From positions 7,254,001 through 7,318,000 of the forward strand of contig NW_026889753.1 of NCBI RefSeq assembly GCF_033153115.1: a DNA stretch of 64,000 bases, in the 5' to 3' direction. The DNA is from Saccostrea echinata (Eukaryota). A model generated the notes under the pieces. That model had not been told where the DNA came from and searched no databases. It saw nothing but the letters and a program-made list of their open reading frames with translations. Below are positions 49,945-64,000 of the stretch, in pieces (position 1 is the stretch's first letter; each line of letters opens with the position of its first letter). The position numbers and the translations under genes were made by a program.

Positions 49945-50350
49945 ATATACAATTATGGATCTTTCTGTGGTGAATATGGTTTGATATTCATCAGAAAAAT
50001 ATCAATACTGACCGAGGCGAAGCTTAAGCAAACAAACCATATTCACCACATAAAGAGTCAATAATTATTTCATAATATAGTACGACTTTAAAGAAATAAG
50101 ACATTGAAGGCTTCACGGCGATCTACCATTTTCATTAACGAACTTCTGTAGTAAAAAAACAACAACAAACAAAACAAAAAACGTACAGAATACAAATTAA
50201 AACTTGCGATAGACTTGCTTAACATTTTTCCTGCTCAGATACACAACTGGCTCCGACCGTTGTAACAATTGTTTACAACGTTGTTTGAGGTATTGACTGT
50301 GACGTCACAATGCCGCTGCATGCGCACTGACCCTCCAGTGAATATGAAGT
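49945..50350. mobile_element. Third hairpin-bearing element (one arm partly deleted), head on the right
   Basis: Arms tgtggtgaatatggtttg / caaaccatattcaccaca within 49951-50066; GCGAAGC at 50017-50023; TGTGACGTCACA near 50298-50309. Confidence 0.55.
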
Positions 50351-51379
50351 GTTATGAAATGTTTGCGTTTGTATATATCATATATCATTATTAAGATTTT
50401 ATATACTACATGTATATATTATTATTAAAGATGTTATAAATTATTATAATATATTAATGCAAGTTTCTCGGAAGAATGACGCCCCATGTGTCATAACTGG
50501 GTAAAATTTAAAGACATAAGTAATTATTAGACATAAGTGATTATTTTGTTCAAAGGGTCATTTAATTTACAAAGCAATCTCAAAAACAATTTAATTCAGT
50601 ATATACATATATTCAACTGTACATTTTCCAAGTTTTACACGTATATTACAATTTGCAATTTAAATATTATACCAAGCCTCTTTCTTGAAGGAGTGAAGGA
50701 AAATTTCAGTACTGTACAATAGCATGTTCCAAAAGTGGTGTAAATCAGATGTGGATACTAACTCCAAAGAACTTTTGGAAAATTTGAACATGAACATAAT
50801 TTCTCAACATAAAGGAAAAGAAATGAAAAAAAAATTGAAGTAAACACATGAAAAAAAAAATAGAATAGTACGTCCACAACATGAAACATGCAGAAAATTT
50901 ACACGACACATATAAAGACAAAACAAACACGTACACACATCTTACATCACATGAAGTGTAAAGGTATTTATACATGATAACTTAGGTTTTATTTACGAGA
51001 CTGCCATTAAGATATTGATATCCTGTATATAAAAAGAGGAACTATTTAATTGTTTCCGATGTTATTAAAAATGCTCAGGAAACAATAATTTACTTTCTCA
51101 TAGATTACCCTCTTGAAATCTTAAATTCATAATACGTGCTTAAAACATACTATTGTTATTTGAGTAAAAATCAATCGATCAACTCTATGTGCACACCATT
51201 ACAGTTACTTTAGATCTCAAACCACTAAATGTGAAAATGACGATATTGCGTAAATAAATACTTTCAGAAATTAAGCTAAATTAAACATTGAAATTAAGAA
51301 TTAGATTACCTTTTATTCAAGCAGATCCAACGAAAGGAAAATTTAGCAAACAGGTTAATCTGACTGCCCTAGTAAATAT

Positions 51380-52540
51380 GTATGTAGCAGGAACTTGTGC
51401 CTAGGGAAATTGAAAGTGAAATCACAAAATTTTACGAAAATTAATAGCATTAAACCGTGTTAATTTTCCACATTTTATACAATCATTCCTCACAATATAT
51501 TAAAGGCCAGTTTTTTTGCATTCATTGACGACTACTTTTTCAGTAAAAATGGAACTTATGAATTAACGTACCTTGTCATTGGTTATCTGCAAAATTATTT
51601 TGTTAAAAACATTCTCATTCTACACATGTTAAGTACACCAAGGTTGCTATCAACAAGATGCTTGAGTTTCTGATTGACATTATAACATCTTTATAGGTTT
51701 TGGAGCTCAAGCCTTTCAACAGTCTGTTGGAATTCCCATGAATACTATTTACGCCCCTTTATTAGCAGACTTGTTGTATTCATTTGAACCAGAATTTTTC
51801 AGAATCTTCTATATGAAAAGAAGTCTCTTGCTGTGGCCTTCAACTCGACATATATATATATCGACCACGTTTTATCAATTAACAATATTCATTTTCCTTT
51901 CTTTCTTGATTCTTTGTGTCTCTTTGACCTCGAAATAAAAGACACCACAGAGTCTGACACATCTGTTTCATATTTGGCTATTTTACGAGAAAAAGACATT
52001 AATGGCAAACTAACAAATAAACGTTATGATAAACGTGATTAATTCAACTTCCCGTATTTATCTAACAATATACAATGCACAATAATCACCTACGTTTGGA
52101 ATTTATGTCTCTCAGTTGATTTGATACGCAATAGCATGTTCTACGTATGAACAATTTCTAAAACGAGACAAGCTATTGAGAAATAAGTTGATGATACAAG
52201 GACATCAGCAATGTCTAAAGTCAACGTTTCGCAAATTCTATGCTCGATACAGTGAAGTTATTATCAAATACAATCCATCATTAAGTAAAATGCTGACTGG
52301 CGTTTTTCATACAAATTGTAAGTCTATAATTTTCACCCTGAATTGTCTACGGATTTTCCCGTTTACCCGATCATGACAAGGAGCACACGGCGGGTGTAAC
52401 CGGTCTATAGGGCATGCTTACTTCTCCTTTGCATCTGATCGCATCTCATATGCTTACAGAGGTCCGCATTTGCTTTGTCCCATTATGTGTTGATTTAATG
52501 GACTTTTGAGCATGATTACTGTTCGTTATCTTAAAATTTC
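51380..52540 (+). mobile_element. Penelope-like (Naiad) decayed RT + 3' terminus
   Basis: FQQSVGIPMNTIYAPLLADL, YIDHVLSINN, YDKRD and KSTFRKFY motifs in ORFs 51738, 51833, 52176. Confidence 0.88.
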
Positions 52541-53194
52541 ATGGACATTCTTTACATATAATCCAAACACGGTCAAGTACTAAAACAGGAGGATACTTTA
52601 ACTAGAACACGTGACGATTTTTCTCTTTAAGAAAATGTATATCTTACAATTGCGAACTTTGTTTTTTTCGTGTTTATTTACAATTCAATTTTAACCACAG
52701 ACACTGACTTGGTCATTGTACTTGTTTAAATAGCTTCCAAACGATGAATTAAGTAAATAGGGTACAAATTACACTACTTGTAAAGAGTCATAAAAGAAGG
52801 AATGACGTTAGAATTATTAAATTTGCTTTTCAGCTTCCATATAAATTGCTTATTTAGATTCACAAAAACAGTCGTCAAGAGGTTATATTTCATTTTTACA
52901 GTACATGACCCTTTGAGACTTTTTAAAGTGTTTAATTAAAAAGAACTAATATAACCCCAGTGGTATTTAGGTCTGGATTGCTTGTATTTGCTCATATGAG
53001 AGGGTATTTAATGCCATCAGTAAAAAGTTAGAAAACTAATGTAAAAATGAATTGAAAAATACAAGAAATTCTTAATCCAATATTGTTTATATATGTTTAC
53101 GTGTATATATGATATGTTTTCCTTAATACGAAAATTGTTAATAAATTGTGATAAATCTCATATATTTTGTAAACAATATGAAACGTGAACACGT

Positions 53195-53400
53195 TAAAAA
53201 AAAAGAACCCCTGGAAACAACTGAAGTACGATCAGTATCCTAGGAGGAGTGAGCATACTCTGTCGGTCACTCAAGTCCGCCATGCATGACCCTCTGTAAT
53301 AATCAGGGAAACGGAGTATTCAAGCATAGTATGTAATCTAAAGCCTAACAAGTGATATAAAACATGTCAGTGAAATTCAAAAATGGTCAACGTACCACTA
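53195..53400 (-). mobile_element. Solo Penelope-like 3' terminus (decayed)
   Basis: aacccctggaaac...cctaggaggagtgagcat...ccgccatg. Confidence 0.6.
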
Positions 53401-56400
53401 GTACGTTTAAAATTTAAAGAGGTGCGCAAATATATGATATTTTATTTATCAGTCACAAATGTAAAAAAAGGAAATAGCATTGATGCATTAATTTCCAAAA
53501 TCTACCGAATAGTGATAAGTATAGTAAGTATAAGTATTGTTGTGATAGGTATAAACATCATTAAATGTACAATAAAGCTCTTCAGGGAGATTTCACATGA
53601 TAAATTATGTATCACAATAGATGTGAAAAATTAAACTGATAGCTTATTCCTTAAATAGCAATACTACTCTGCAATTTATGCCTAAATGCTCCCCGTTTCT
53701 TCGGGGAAAGTCTTTTAAAATTCAGACAATTTAAAAAATACATTTTAACTCTAGTCCAACTTTAAACGAAACCGATCAATTTTGTACCTTAAATACAGAC
53801 AGCAGTAAGCACTCAGATATGATTTTACTAAAATCTATTCAAAGAAATTCAGGTTGCAGAATACTAATGACAAAAGATCTCTGGTTCAAATTTTCTACAA
53901 ATCTCTTATTTATTGATTACCGGTAAGTATTGGGAACTAAGGCCTAGATACCTTTGGGCATAATTAACCCATGTGATTAAGAATAATGTGTTAATAATCA
54001 TCTTTACCTTGATCTTCTTCTTTGTGTCTGTCAACTTTAATGTTACTTCTGCATTTCATGTCAGATGCAAATGTAAATTACTGCTTTTATCTGCATCAGT
54101 AAATGTCATATGCAGCATTCAAAATACTGTCTTTGAAATTAAATGTTGGTTTATGTTAATCCATCATTGCATTCATTACATTGATATTTTATCTTTGCTG
54201 GTTAGTATTTATTTATCTTGTATGCAACATATTTTTATGGTTTAATTACTACTTTCATCCATACAAATTGAAAATTTTGAATGTTAATGTTGTCAAACAT
54301 GTTATAAATGTCACAAACCTCCTCACAATTGAACTGGCATTTCATTTTCTTATAATCTTTATATATACTATTGTGAAGTACATTTTGTGGTAGTAAATAG
54401 TATGCTACTTTATTTCAGATATCACATACACATTGTTATTTGAGAATTTTGATTTATTATAATGAATATGAAAGGTCTTTTATGAAGTGCATACCAGAAA
54501 CTATGAAGAGAGCAGAAAAAGTCTTTATTTACAGTACGTATTCAAAACACAATTCAAAATAACAAGTGTATTTAAATTTTTTTAATATTTCAATTGATTT
54601 CAAATTTAAAGGAAAAGTTCAAAGGGCATTGATCAACCACTGTAAACTAAACAGCTTTACATGAACTACTTCGTAGGTTGCTGACGGAGTTAATCGCTTT
54701 GATTTGTATATTATTTCTTATAATTATAACATTAATTGAATTTTATCATCGTACATTTTTTTCTTTAGCTTCCTTTTGACCTTAACTTGCCTTTGATTGC
54801 TTAATTGTAACCATGAATTGTAATTTTTTATTCATTTCCACATGTTGTATTTTTATTTTGGGGGTATAACCTTCATATTTGTCCTAAAAATATTTTCCAT
54901 ACACAGGAGTCAACTTAAACATTAAAATCTTACTGTTTTTTTTTCATTGATTTAAATATAGATCTACTGAATTGGCATTTTTGAATACTCTTTTCACAAA
55001 TTAAGTCTTTTTGTGTCATTTTCTTAGAGAAAAGATCACACAAATGATCATTATTCGACGAATTTGAAATACAAATTTGCAAACTTGATTTAACTTTAGT
55101 TAATTATACGAAATTTATTATTGTTTTTCGCAATAGGTCCCTGCACATTTATTTTAAACAATATCAAATAAAGATAGGGAATTCCTAGGACACAATGTTT
55201 AGTAAGGCCAGGTTATATGCTGTAAGGTTACTGTGATTAAGAAATATCTTGCAAATGAAACGTAAAACTTAGATACCTCGTAAGAAATAGAACTAAAGTT
55301 TTTTCAGTATGAAACAAAACTTTTAGAATCTTTGTATTTTGTTTAGTGTTTTGATGCAACATAATACCTAGCTGTACAAATACATGCATATAAAATATAA
55401 CGAGAAACTATTTCATGTGTGCAACAACGGTTATATTTGTTAATTGTACATAAGAAATGCATTGACTGGATATCTGTTTTCAATTAATAGATGTAATCCT
55501 ATTTTTTATGATGTCATCATTAGTAGGCTTTGATTGTTCAACAACTTATTTTATTTGAAAACAGTTCTTGTGTTGAAACTTATTGTGCTCAAGTTTCTTT
55601 TTAATTCTTTGATTGCTCTAAATTATCACACAAATTTGAATGAAGTCATGGGTTTATCAAATTGTTCAAATACAGACCACATGCTTAAGCCCTAGTGTAA
55701 TTATGTTCAATGTCTTATTAAACTGAAAACTTTACAAAAGAGATAAAAGGTGAAATATTTACTGCAGATTAGGTCGGTTTATCGATTTAAATTTTTGTTA
55801 ATTTTCTGGATCCTGCAAGATGTCATAAGAATGATCATACCTTTTTTTGACTGACGTACATTTGTATCTATGTACACCATACTAAAGAGGTACCTGTATT
55901 AGGCAATATCAGAAAATAAATTCTTAGTTAATTTAAAGCCAGAAGATAAAATTGTGTTCTTCAAAACCCTACTTATAATATAGTTTTAGGATATGTGGGC
56001 CATCTAGACACACCCAAAAGTTTTACAATGTAATTAAAGAAATAAGTTTTAATTTTCACGTTCTTGAAATGCGTCAAGCATAATTCTCTGGCATATTTGA
56101 CATCAACCTGCCGGCACGTGCATTGGACACCTGGTTTCATGAGTATTTAATGTCTCATATACCATTTATATGGTTAACTTAGAATAAATGAACTTGAACC
56201 TGTTAGTCTGAATGTGTATAATTTCTTAAATCTGTGTTAATCACAGGGGTTTCTTCATCTTTGAAGGACATACAGTTGAAAAAGAAAACATTGAAAGCAT
56301 TTACAATGTTTATAATATACATACATGTGCATAGTTATAGGATATTTTGTTATAACTGTTTGGCTAAAAGTTCTTTGGGAAATATATATACATTGTAATC

Positions 56401-56528
56401 TTCTTTAGATTTTATTATACACTGAAAAAATAGGTCAGTTAATTATGATTGTATTTTAATTTGAGAATTTAACATGTAAATTGGGAATCAGCGTCCTGTT
56501 TTTAGCCAACTTGACACCCATCATTTTC

Positions 56529-56580
<52 letters not shown>

Positions 56581-56761
56581 AGACCATGTGAATATATTAG
56601 ACGGAGAGATTTATGTTAAAGCTGTGTGTAAACTATCATTTTTAAAGCTGATGAGCATGAAATATCTTTTGAAAGATCGAGATACAGCATATTGAAAATT
56701 ATTTTTTTATTTTTATTCTTAATTGATTCCGATTTAAGAAATTGAAAATTGTGCTATACTC

Positions 56762-56882
56762 TTTATTTTAAATAGATCTCGATACTAGATGTTAAAAATT
56801 GTTTTCTCATTTTTATTTTAAATAGATTTTGATACTAGATATTTAAAAATGCTTTTCTAATTATTATTTTAAATAGATTTCA
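56762..56882. repeat. ~51-bp tandem repeat, about 2.4 copies
   Basis: ttattttaaatagat..gatactagat recurring. Confidence 0.75.
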
Positions 56883-57270
56883 ACTTTGAATTGGTTATTT
56901 CATAAGAATGTTTGATGCCCGATATGATAAGAAATAAATGTATTTAATGAACAAATATTGCATTAATTAACTGACATTGTATCTAGTGATATAAGAACAA
57001 TTCAAAAATACGATGTCATATGGTCATTTGCTTTTTTTTGGAATCTCCAGTCAACTAGATTGATTTTCAATATCACTAATAATATTAAGTCAGCATCCTA
57101 CGATAAAATAAGTTAGAATATGCATTTTCTGTTATTTTTTTTATTTAGCTGTAAAGAAGTCTAATTTGTTGTTAATAAAATTTATTATGTATTATTGTAA
57201 AATCAAAAAGTATTGACATTGTGGACTTCTATGTTTGACGAATATCTCTACTTTAAAAAAGAATGATCAA

Positions 57271-57590
57271 TGATTGATTGATTGTATGTTGTTTTACGTC
57301 CCGTTCGAAAAATTTTTACTTATATAGAGACGTCACCATATACCGGTGAAGGGCTTCAAATTTAGACCTTTACTCGGCACTCAGAGCCATTGAGCAGTGA
57401 GGGTTCTTTATCGTGCAAACGCCTACCGTAACACGGGGCCTCCGTTTTTAAGGTCTCATCCGAAGGACCCGCAACTTTCACTTCAAAGTGCCAAACGTTT
57501 GACGAAGAAACAGTTGCTACCTATTTTTTATCGACTTAAGTCAGTCGCGGCCATAATTCGAACTCCCGACCTTCCGATCACGGCGCGAAT
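57271..57590 (-). mobile_element. tRNA-derived SINE, second copy
   Basis: Colinear and highly similar to 14721-15050; B box GTTCGAATT; (CAAT)n tail. Confidence 0.88.
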
Positions 57591-57790
57591 TACATAAAGA
57601 CGAAAATACAAAAAAAAAAAATTGTTTCAGATTTCAAATCGTGCCATCTGCAGAATATAAAGAAATACATGTACATTTAATTCGAAATTTTTGCTACGGA
57701 TAACCTTGGAGGTTATGATAAATGCATCTTGTATATCTATGTCAAATAGTTAAATATACATTATTTAAATCTGCCATTCATTTAATTCTG

Positions 57791-57929
57791 NNNNNNNNNN
57801 NNNNNNNNNNNNNNNNNNNNNNNNNNNNNNNNNNNNNNNNNNNNNNNNNNNNNNNNNNNNNNNNNNNNNNNNNNNNNNNNNNNNNNNNNNNNNNNNNNNN
57901 NNNNNNNNNNNNNNNNNNNNNNNNNNNNN
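57791..57929. other. Assembly gap (139 N)
   Basis: Run of N. Confidence 1.
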
Positions 57930-60369
57930 CCCAACTGAAAGGAAGTTTCGTCATACAGTACACATACAACACGCATGTCTACCTCTCACATATATATTAA
58001 AAGTTCATTGACCAATTATATTTCATTCACGATGCAAGTAGTTAAATTATGTCAACTAGAGTATAAAGCACGAAAGGGCACTTAAATACCTCTTGACAAC
58101 GTACAACTTTTCAAAAGAGAGCCTTGTACGTTTTTGCATGCTTAAGTGTAATTATCATTTCTACCCTACATTATCAAACACATTAAGGTTAATCTCTTCT
58201 CTGTATGTCAAGGATATAAAATGTTTAAGTAAGTGACAGTAAAGAAGAAACATCATTATAATGATGTGAAAATTCATATTGTGATGATTCGTGAAAATAA
58301 CCTGCAAGCCTCTGTCTGGAAATGAATTCCAGCAGAACACAGAGGAAGAACTTTTACTTAGGACATGAAATTCTTGCTGAATAGAAACATAATATATTGT
58401 AATTACAGACGTGCGATAACATAGAATTATTACACTCAACAAAATCTTTTGAATGTTATAGTACATTGTAATACATTTTTTTTTTCCCTTTTTTAAAAAA
58501 TGTTTGTTATCGAAATTGATAATAAACTCATATCCTTTCATTGAACTTATCAAGCTGATTTTTGTACTGTCTCTTCTTTTAAAAGAAAGCTGAAGATTCA
58601 TGCTTCTGTGTTAAATGTAGAAACATATCAGGGACATAAAGCCGCTGATGTGTGTATTAAAGTAAGGTAACGAATACTAATTTTTAAAGAAAAGGGTCAA
58701 AGGTTTCAATAATAATAATTAAAATAAATTCAATAAGCTGTTTACAGCAATATTATGGAAAACAACATTTCAAGCTTAAAGATGATTTTCAAATTTTGCA
58801 ATGCTGCTTACACAAATTATAATTAGTTTTAGGGGATGGTTACATTGTATGTTGCAACGTACACATAAAAGCTTTGATTAATCGACTAAACAAATAAAAC
58901 AATACATACATTTTTAAGTCAGTGAACATCGAACTATACTGAAAAATCTATACGTAATATACGTATCTTGTTGAAATTATAAACTACATTAAAGTTAATT
59001 GTTTATTTGATGAAAGCAATAATGTAATTTGGATGCATATTAAACATGCAACCACATTGTCTGCAAATGTAGTCAGAGCACACCAGCATAAGCAGGATTA
59101 GAAATGGTCACAATCCTAGTTTTTATATCAATATAATGTTTCAAAACCACCTTGATGAACTAATTTTATTAAGTATGTTGAGGAAAATAAAGGATGGCAT
59201 TATGAATTTTATGTTATCTCTTTACGTCAATTAAACCTGTCCGTGACATTCTGAAGAATGGAGTGTCTCGAGTTGTTACTTCTGTATTGTACGTTTTCGG
59301 GGAGTATATAATTATGATGAACTAAGTACTTTGAAGTTTCTTAAATTTACTCTCATTGCATGAATCTTAGAGTTCAAGCACCCTTAATGTTGGTATACTA
59401 GTAGTAAAATTTGGATTTCTTTGGGATTTTAAAGCAGAAAAAATGGTCCCCTTTGCAATTAATTTGTTTATTTTAATTCTGTAAATGTAATATTTTATTC
59501 ACATTAAGTTTAAAAGTTGGGAGTCCAATTCGCTCAAAAAGCCTAGTCGAAGAACTAGGCCTTTAATCAAACGATAGTCATTTCCCCGTTAAATTATTTT
59601 TTCAAGACAGTTTAGCTTCATGTCTTTTTTTATACTGCTTCTACATATACAATCAAATATTTATATTAACAATGAAATAATAGAATTTATATAGGATCGC
59701 AGCACTTTTTAAAAGCTACAATGGGTGTTAAAACTATTTAAAAATTAAACTCTTCGAATTTTAACTTGGTTATGCCCTTGCACTATCGAAATTTATAGGT
59801 GACCTCAATTCTGCAAGTATATGTGCTAAAATCACGTGACTGCCACATTACGTGACAAATCTAAATGGAAAATCTAATCGTTCTCCATATGTAGTCAATA
59901 ACCATAATTACATTTGTCCGATATTAGTAAAGTGTTAAAAGGAATCGCCATCCTTAAAAAGAATATATGTTTGTATCGTAAAAAATCGCCGATATTTCCA
60001 TTGCGCACCTTATAACTGTACTGCGTTATGCTACTGTCTCAGTAAAGTAATTACTCAGAAGTAATACCCCTGCCTTATGTATATGAATTAGATTTCTTCC
60101 GTCTTCTTTTTTTTTTTTTTTTTTTTTTTTTTACCAAAATGTAATTTATTAAATACTATGGCTTGTCATCTCTTCTGCAGACGCTAATAATGCAATTAAT
60201 TTATCCCTTTATCCATTTATACCTGTCTAGTTCCAGCAAAATTATCGAAAAATTTCGAATTATGAATTTGAATATAGAATATATATTAATTATTTATTTG
60301 ATAGTTGGTATGACCGAGCGATGGCCAACTACTCGTTGACGTCCCTAATTAAAGGCTATTTACTGACTT

Positions 60370-61125
60370 GTTTTTATATTCTCATGAAGCAGATTTATTC
60401 AAAAACTTCTAAATGAGAAAAAGTGGCCTTCAGCTCGACATTTAGATTTTATCAATTAACAATAGTTATTTCCATTTATATATCAACTCGATTTATCCCA
60501 GTGAACTCTAAAGAAAAGACACCACAGATTCTGCCACATCTGTTTCATAGTTTGATGTTTTACTACTTATAGACAATAAGGACCAGCTAACATTTAAAAT
60601 GTAGAACAAACGAGATGACTTCGGCTTTTCCATCGTCAACATTCCTTGTTGCAATATTCCGCTATCACCTACGCAATAGGGGTTCATGTCTTCCAATTTG
60701 TTCAATACTTTAAAAAATGATTTGAGTACAGTCACTGTTTAAATCTCGGCAGGCTACTGACAGATAAGTTGATGTTACAAGGATTTCAACAACTTCGTTT
60801 TAAGTCAGCATTTCGAAAATTCTGTGGATTTTAGAATGACCTTGTCGTGAGGGTCATTGGGTCGTATTTTTGCTTACATTTTCTATACCAATTGTTAAAC
60901 CTTTGTTTTTTTTATATTAAATTTGACTCAAGAATAGTCCGTCTACCTGATCAAAACATAGAGCTCTTGGTGGATGTGACCGATTGACAGAGGATGCTTA
61001 CTTCTCATACGAACCTAATTCCGCCTCTGGAATTTCATGGACTTCGTATTTTATGTCCTGTTCACAAATTTGTATTGTTCAAGATTTTTTTTTTGATCGA
61101 CCACTATTAGTTATCTTCACCTTTT
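60370..61125 (+). mobile_element. Penelope-like (Naiad) RT C-terminus + 3' terminus
   Basis: KRDDFGFSIVN, KLMLQGFQQLRFKSAFRKF; 3' terminus at 60940-61125. Confidence 0.82.
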
Positions 61126-61377
61126 TTCATTGGTGGAAAAGGGATCTTTTATCTTACATTTTTATCTTACAGCTTAGCAAATTTTCAATTCAAAAGTGTC
61201 TTGTTAATCATGATACCTGAGAGATAGCATCAAATTTAATTGTAGAAGCCATTTCATGATATAATATAATTTAGCTGTCGATTTACAATCCGTCTATAAA
61301 ACGTATGACCATTTATCCCATAAGATTCTCACTGATGGATAATTCAATTGTAGCTTGTTCATAAAATAGAATCATAT

Positions 61378-61619
61378 CACTGGTGGATTAACAGGGACAG
61401 AAACTCCCCCCCCCCTCCTTGTGAACACAAAAATACGTAAGTTTATTAAATTTAAATCAATTTTTTGTGTGGGATATTGTATGAATTATACCTAAATTAC
61501 AGCTACAAAAAAATGTAAAATAAATCCAAAAACTGTTCCAAAAACTCCCGTTTCCCTGGGCCCTCATCCAATCCTCAACTTGCTGGACCCCCTTTTCAAG
61601 AATCCTGGATCAGCCACTC
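61378..61619. mobile_element. Small MITE with CAGTGGCGGATC-type termini
   Basis: cactggtggatt ... gatcagccactc; flanked by CATAT on both sides. Confidence 0.5.
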
Positions 61620-64000
61620 CATATGGTTTTCATTAGCTATTTAATAAGATTGATATCATAATCATATTATAATGTATTTTCTTTGTTAAGGTGGTCAAGT
61701 TCAACATCAGAAGGGATAACTTTTGAAAGAGTTTCCAAAATTATTAGATATATGTTACACTAACTACATTGTACCAAAATCATGAAAGAAGGTGTTAGGA
61801 GGTATTTTAAACATGCACATTTGCATAGTCATTAAAATGTACAATTTATCAGACTCCCTATGAATGGCGACATATTATTAATTGTACATGGTTTTAATGA
61901 AATTTAACGAAGTGCTTTCTCATAATACTCTTACCCTACCATAGGCATATGACAAATTGTATTTTTTTGTACTCTGTGACTTACTGAAGCGATTTAAAGC
62001 AAAAGAGATACATGTATGACTGAATTTATAATTTTGTGATTGCAAATAAATGTATGATATGTATAATATTTTTCTTTTGTCATTTACATGTTAGTACATC
62101 TGTGGTGAAAGAGATGAAAATACATGTATACTATGCCTTGTCAAGTTTTACACAGTACGTATTTACTTAATTAGTATTTCTCTGGGTAAAACAAGTTTGC
62201 AGTAAATTTTCTTCTCCAAAAAAGATATCATGACTTTAACCTTTAACTGTAAAGTAATACAAGGATTTTCAAGTCTTGGAATGCGCTGAATAACCCTCTC
62301 TGTCTCTCTCTGCAGAACCAAGGTCAAGCCTGTTATGCCTGCAGCTGACAATTATACCATTTATCTTTCGTGTTTTAGTTTACTGATAACAATTTGCTTT
62401 AAACATAAAAAGATTATCTTAATTAAATGTCCATTAATCTGCTTCTATAAGGGTCAATATCTTAATTGGTTTTATTTTATGATGTGTATTATTATGTTAA
62501 CTTTCCTAAAAAAAATGTATGTTGCTTTCAATAAAAGCAACTTTTTTTCAGTTAAATTTACTATTTGTTTTTCGTTTTGTATCTATGAAAAACAAGACTT
62601 GATTTGGTTTAACAAAAACCAATATCCAAAATTATTAAAAAAAAAAAGAGTGTCGAATCATTTGAGATTCTTTGATAAATGTTTGTTAGAATTATACTAA
62701 AAATTTTTATCAGTTAATTTACGTTGAATCTTGATGTTTTGTTATGTATCCATTTTAATTTATGCAGTTCAACTTTTTTTCCAGACATATATTAATTGTT
62801 ACCACCCTTCAAAGATACAGTGTCAGTGAGAACAAATTTAGTGCAAGTAAGAATAATGCACTTAATGGTCAAGCACAACATAATACGAACTGTTATTTTT
62901 CATATCAATTAAGAAAATAATTCTACAGAGGTCACAATATAATAAGAATGATGAATATACGTATAATAATTACGGGGTGCTATGTGTTTTATGAATGAAC
63001 TCTGCTTGCATGATTTTCAGAGACAATACGAGACTAGATAAAAATGAATTGAAAATTGCAAAACATTGTCAAGAATAATTATGCAAAATTTAATGAAACT
63101 CTTTATTAATAAATTAATTAATAGTTAAAAATTCAGAAAGCTTACTCACAAGGGGAAATAAGTGCATTGCTACAATGTTCAGAATATTATCTTAGTGTAC
63201 CACCAATTAAGTGCACATCATTTATTTATGATATTTGCATTCATCACAGCTTTAAGGCTTACATAAAAAATACATTGCTTTAATCCATCAAGTTTTGGTA
63301 TTGGATTTCATATATTAAGTGAATTTGATATGCTTATGAACCAGCTAATTTAACTCTAGACTTATGGACCATTTATCAATTGAAACAAACAATTTTTTGC
63401 TCTGAGGCAGAAGTTTGCATGATATTTGTCATCAAATCAGGTGATCTCGTTTACAATATAGCTACGCTTTTCAAATCATGAGATGAAAAAAAAAAATCTA
63501 AATGATGTTAATTAAATTCGTCAAAATAAGTTAATTTATGAAATATTCCTCTCCAGATAAGAACAGACCATAGCAAAATATATTGACGGGGAGATACGTA
63601 TTCACTTGCTACATGCACGTGATTTCATTAACCTTCAGACTCTTTTACTTTTCTGGCATATTCTGTAAAAGCCACTATATGTAAACGATCTCACGATTTT
63701 ATTATGTGTACCTAGAAATCCTGCAGAAAAAAAGCTTGCCTATTGTTAGATTAATGAGACATGACTGTTTGATATACATTTTTTTTGTTTACATGAATTT
63801 AAAAGTATTTGTAGTACTTGTCCTTCACTATAATGTACAGTAACAAGAACTTCATTTCACTGCTTGTGCATATATTATTGTAGATGTAAAAGTATCCTAC
63901 GAATCCTCTTTGAATTATAACGCTTAAAAAGGTTACTGTTATATAATTGTAAGATGTCTGTGTCTACATACTGCAATATTGAATTTGGTAATACAAATCC

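Noticed and set aside
57722-58000. ORFs containing X runs
   Set aside because: Artefacts of the N gap.
60108-60160. Poly(T) with AATAAA on the minus strand as a retrogene end
   Set aside because: No TSD or coding body could be identified.

Overview
AT-rich, repeat-dense animal genomic DNA. The repeat families (Helentron-type HINE elements with ~166-bp cores, Naiad-type Penelope-like elements, CAAT-tailed tRNA SINE) point to a bivalve, probably an oyster. Most ORFs in the supplied track are spurious or retroelement debris. Two spliced host genes were assembled by hand, both on the minus strand. The first is an 8-exon four-TM tetraspanin-like gene (22466..5855, ~323 aa, one frame lesion in exon 6) whose introns hold a 4-kb 31-bp satellite, a mini-L1 and nested PLE/SINE/HINE insertions. 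The second is a 3-exon ankyrin-repeat gene (40794..39889, 223 aa). About 14 Penelope-like fragments are present; the largest (45268-47475) has a GIY-YIG endonuclease upstream of the RT (Naiad order). Also present are mariner relics, several MITEs, three long-hairpin elements with C-GAA-G loops and a 139-nt assembly gap. The most interesting signals are the structured 3' terminus shared by the PLE copies, the hairpin elements, the non-canonical tetraspanin and the internally deleted L1 with intact ends. All family names come from motif recognition, not database searches.
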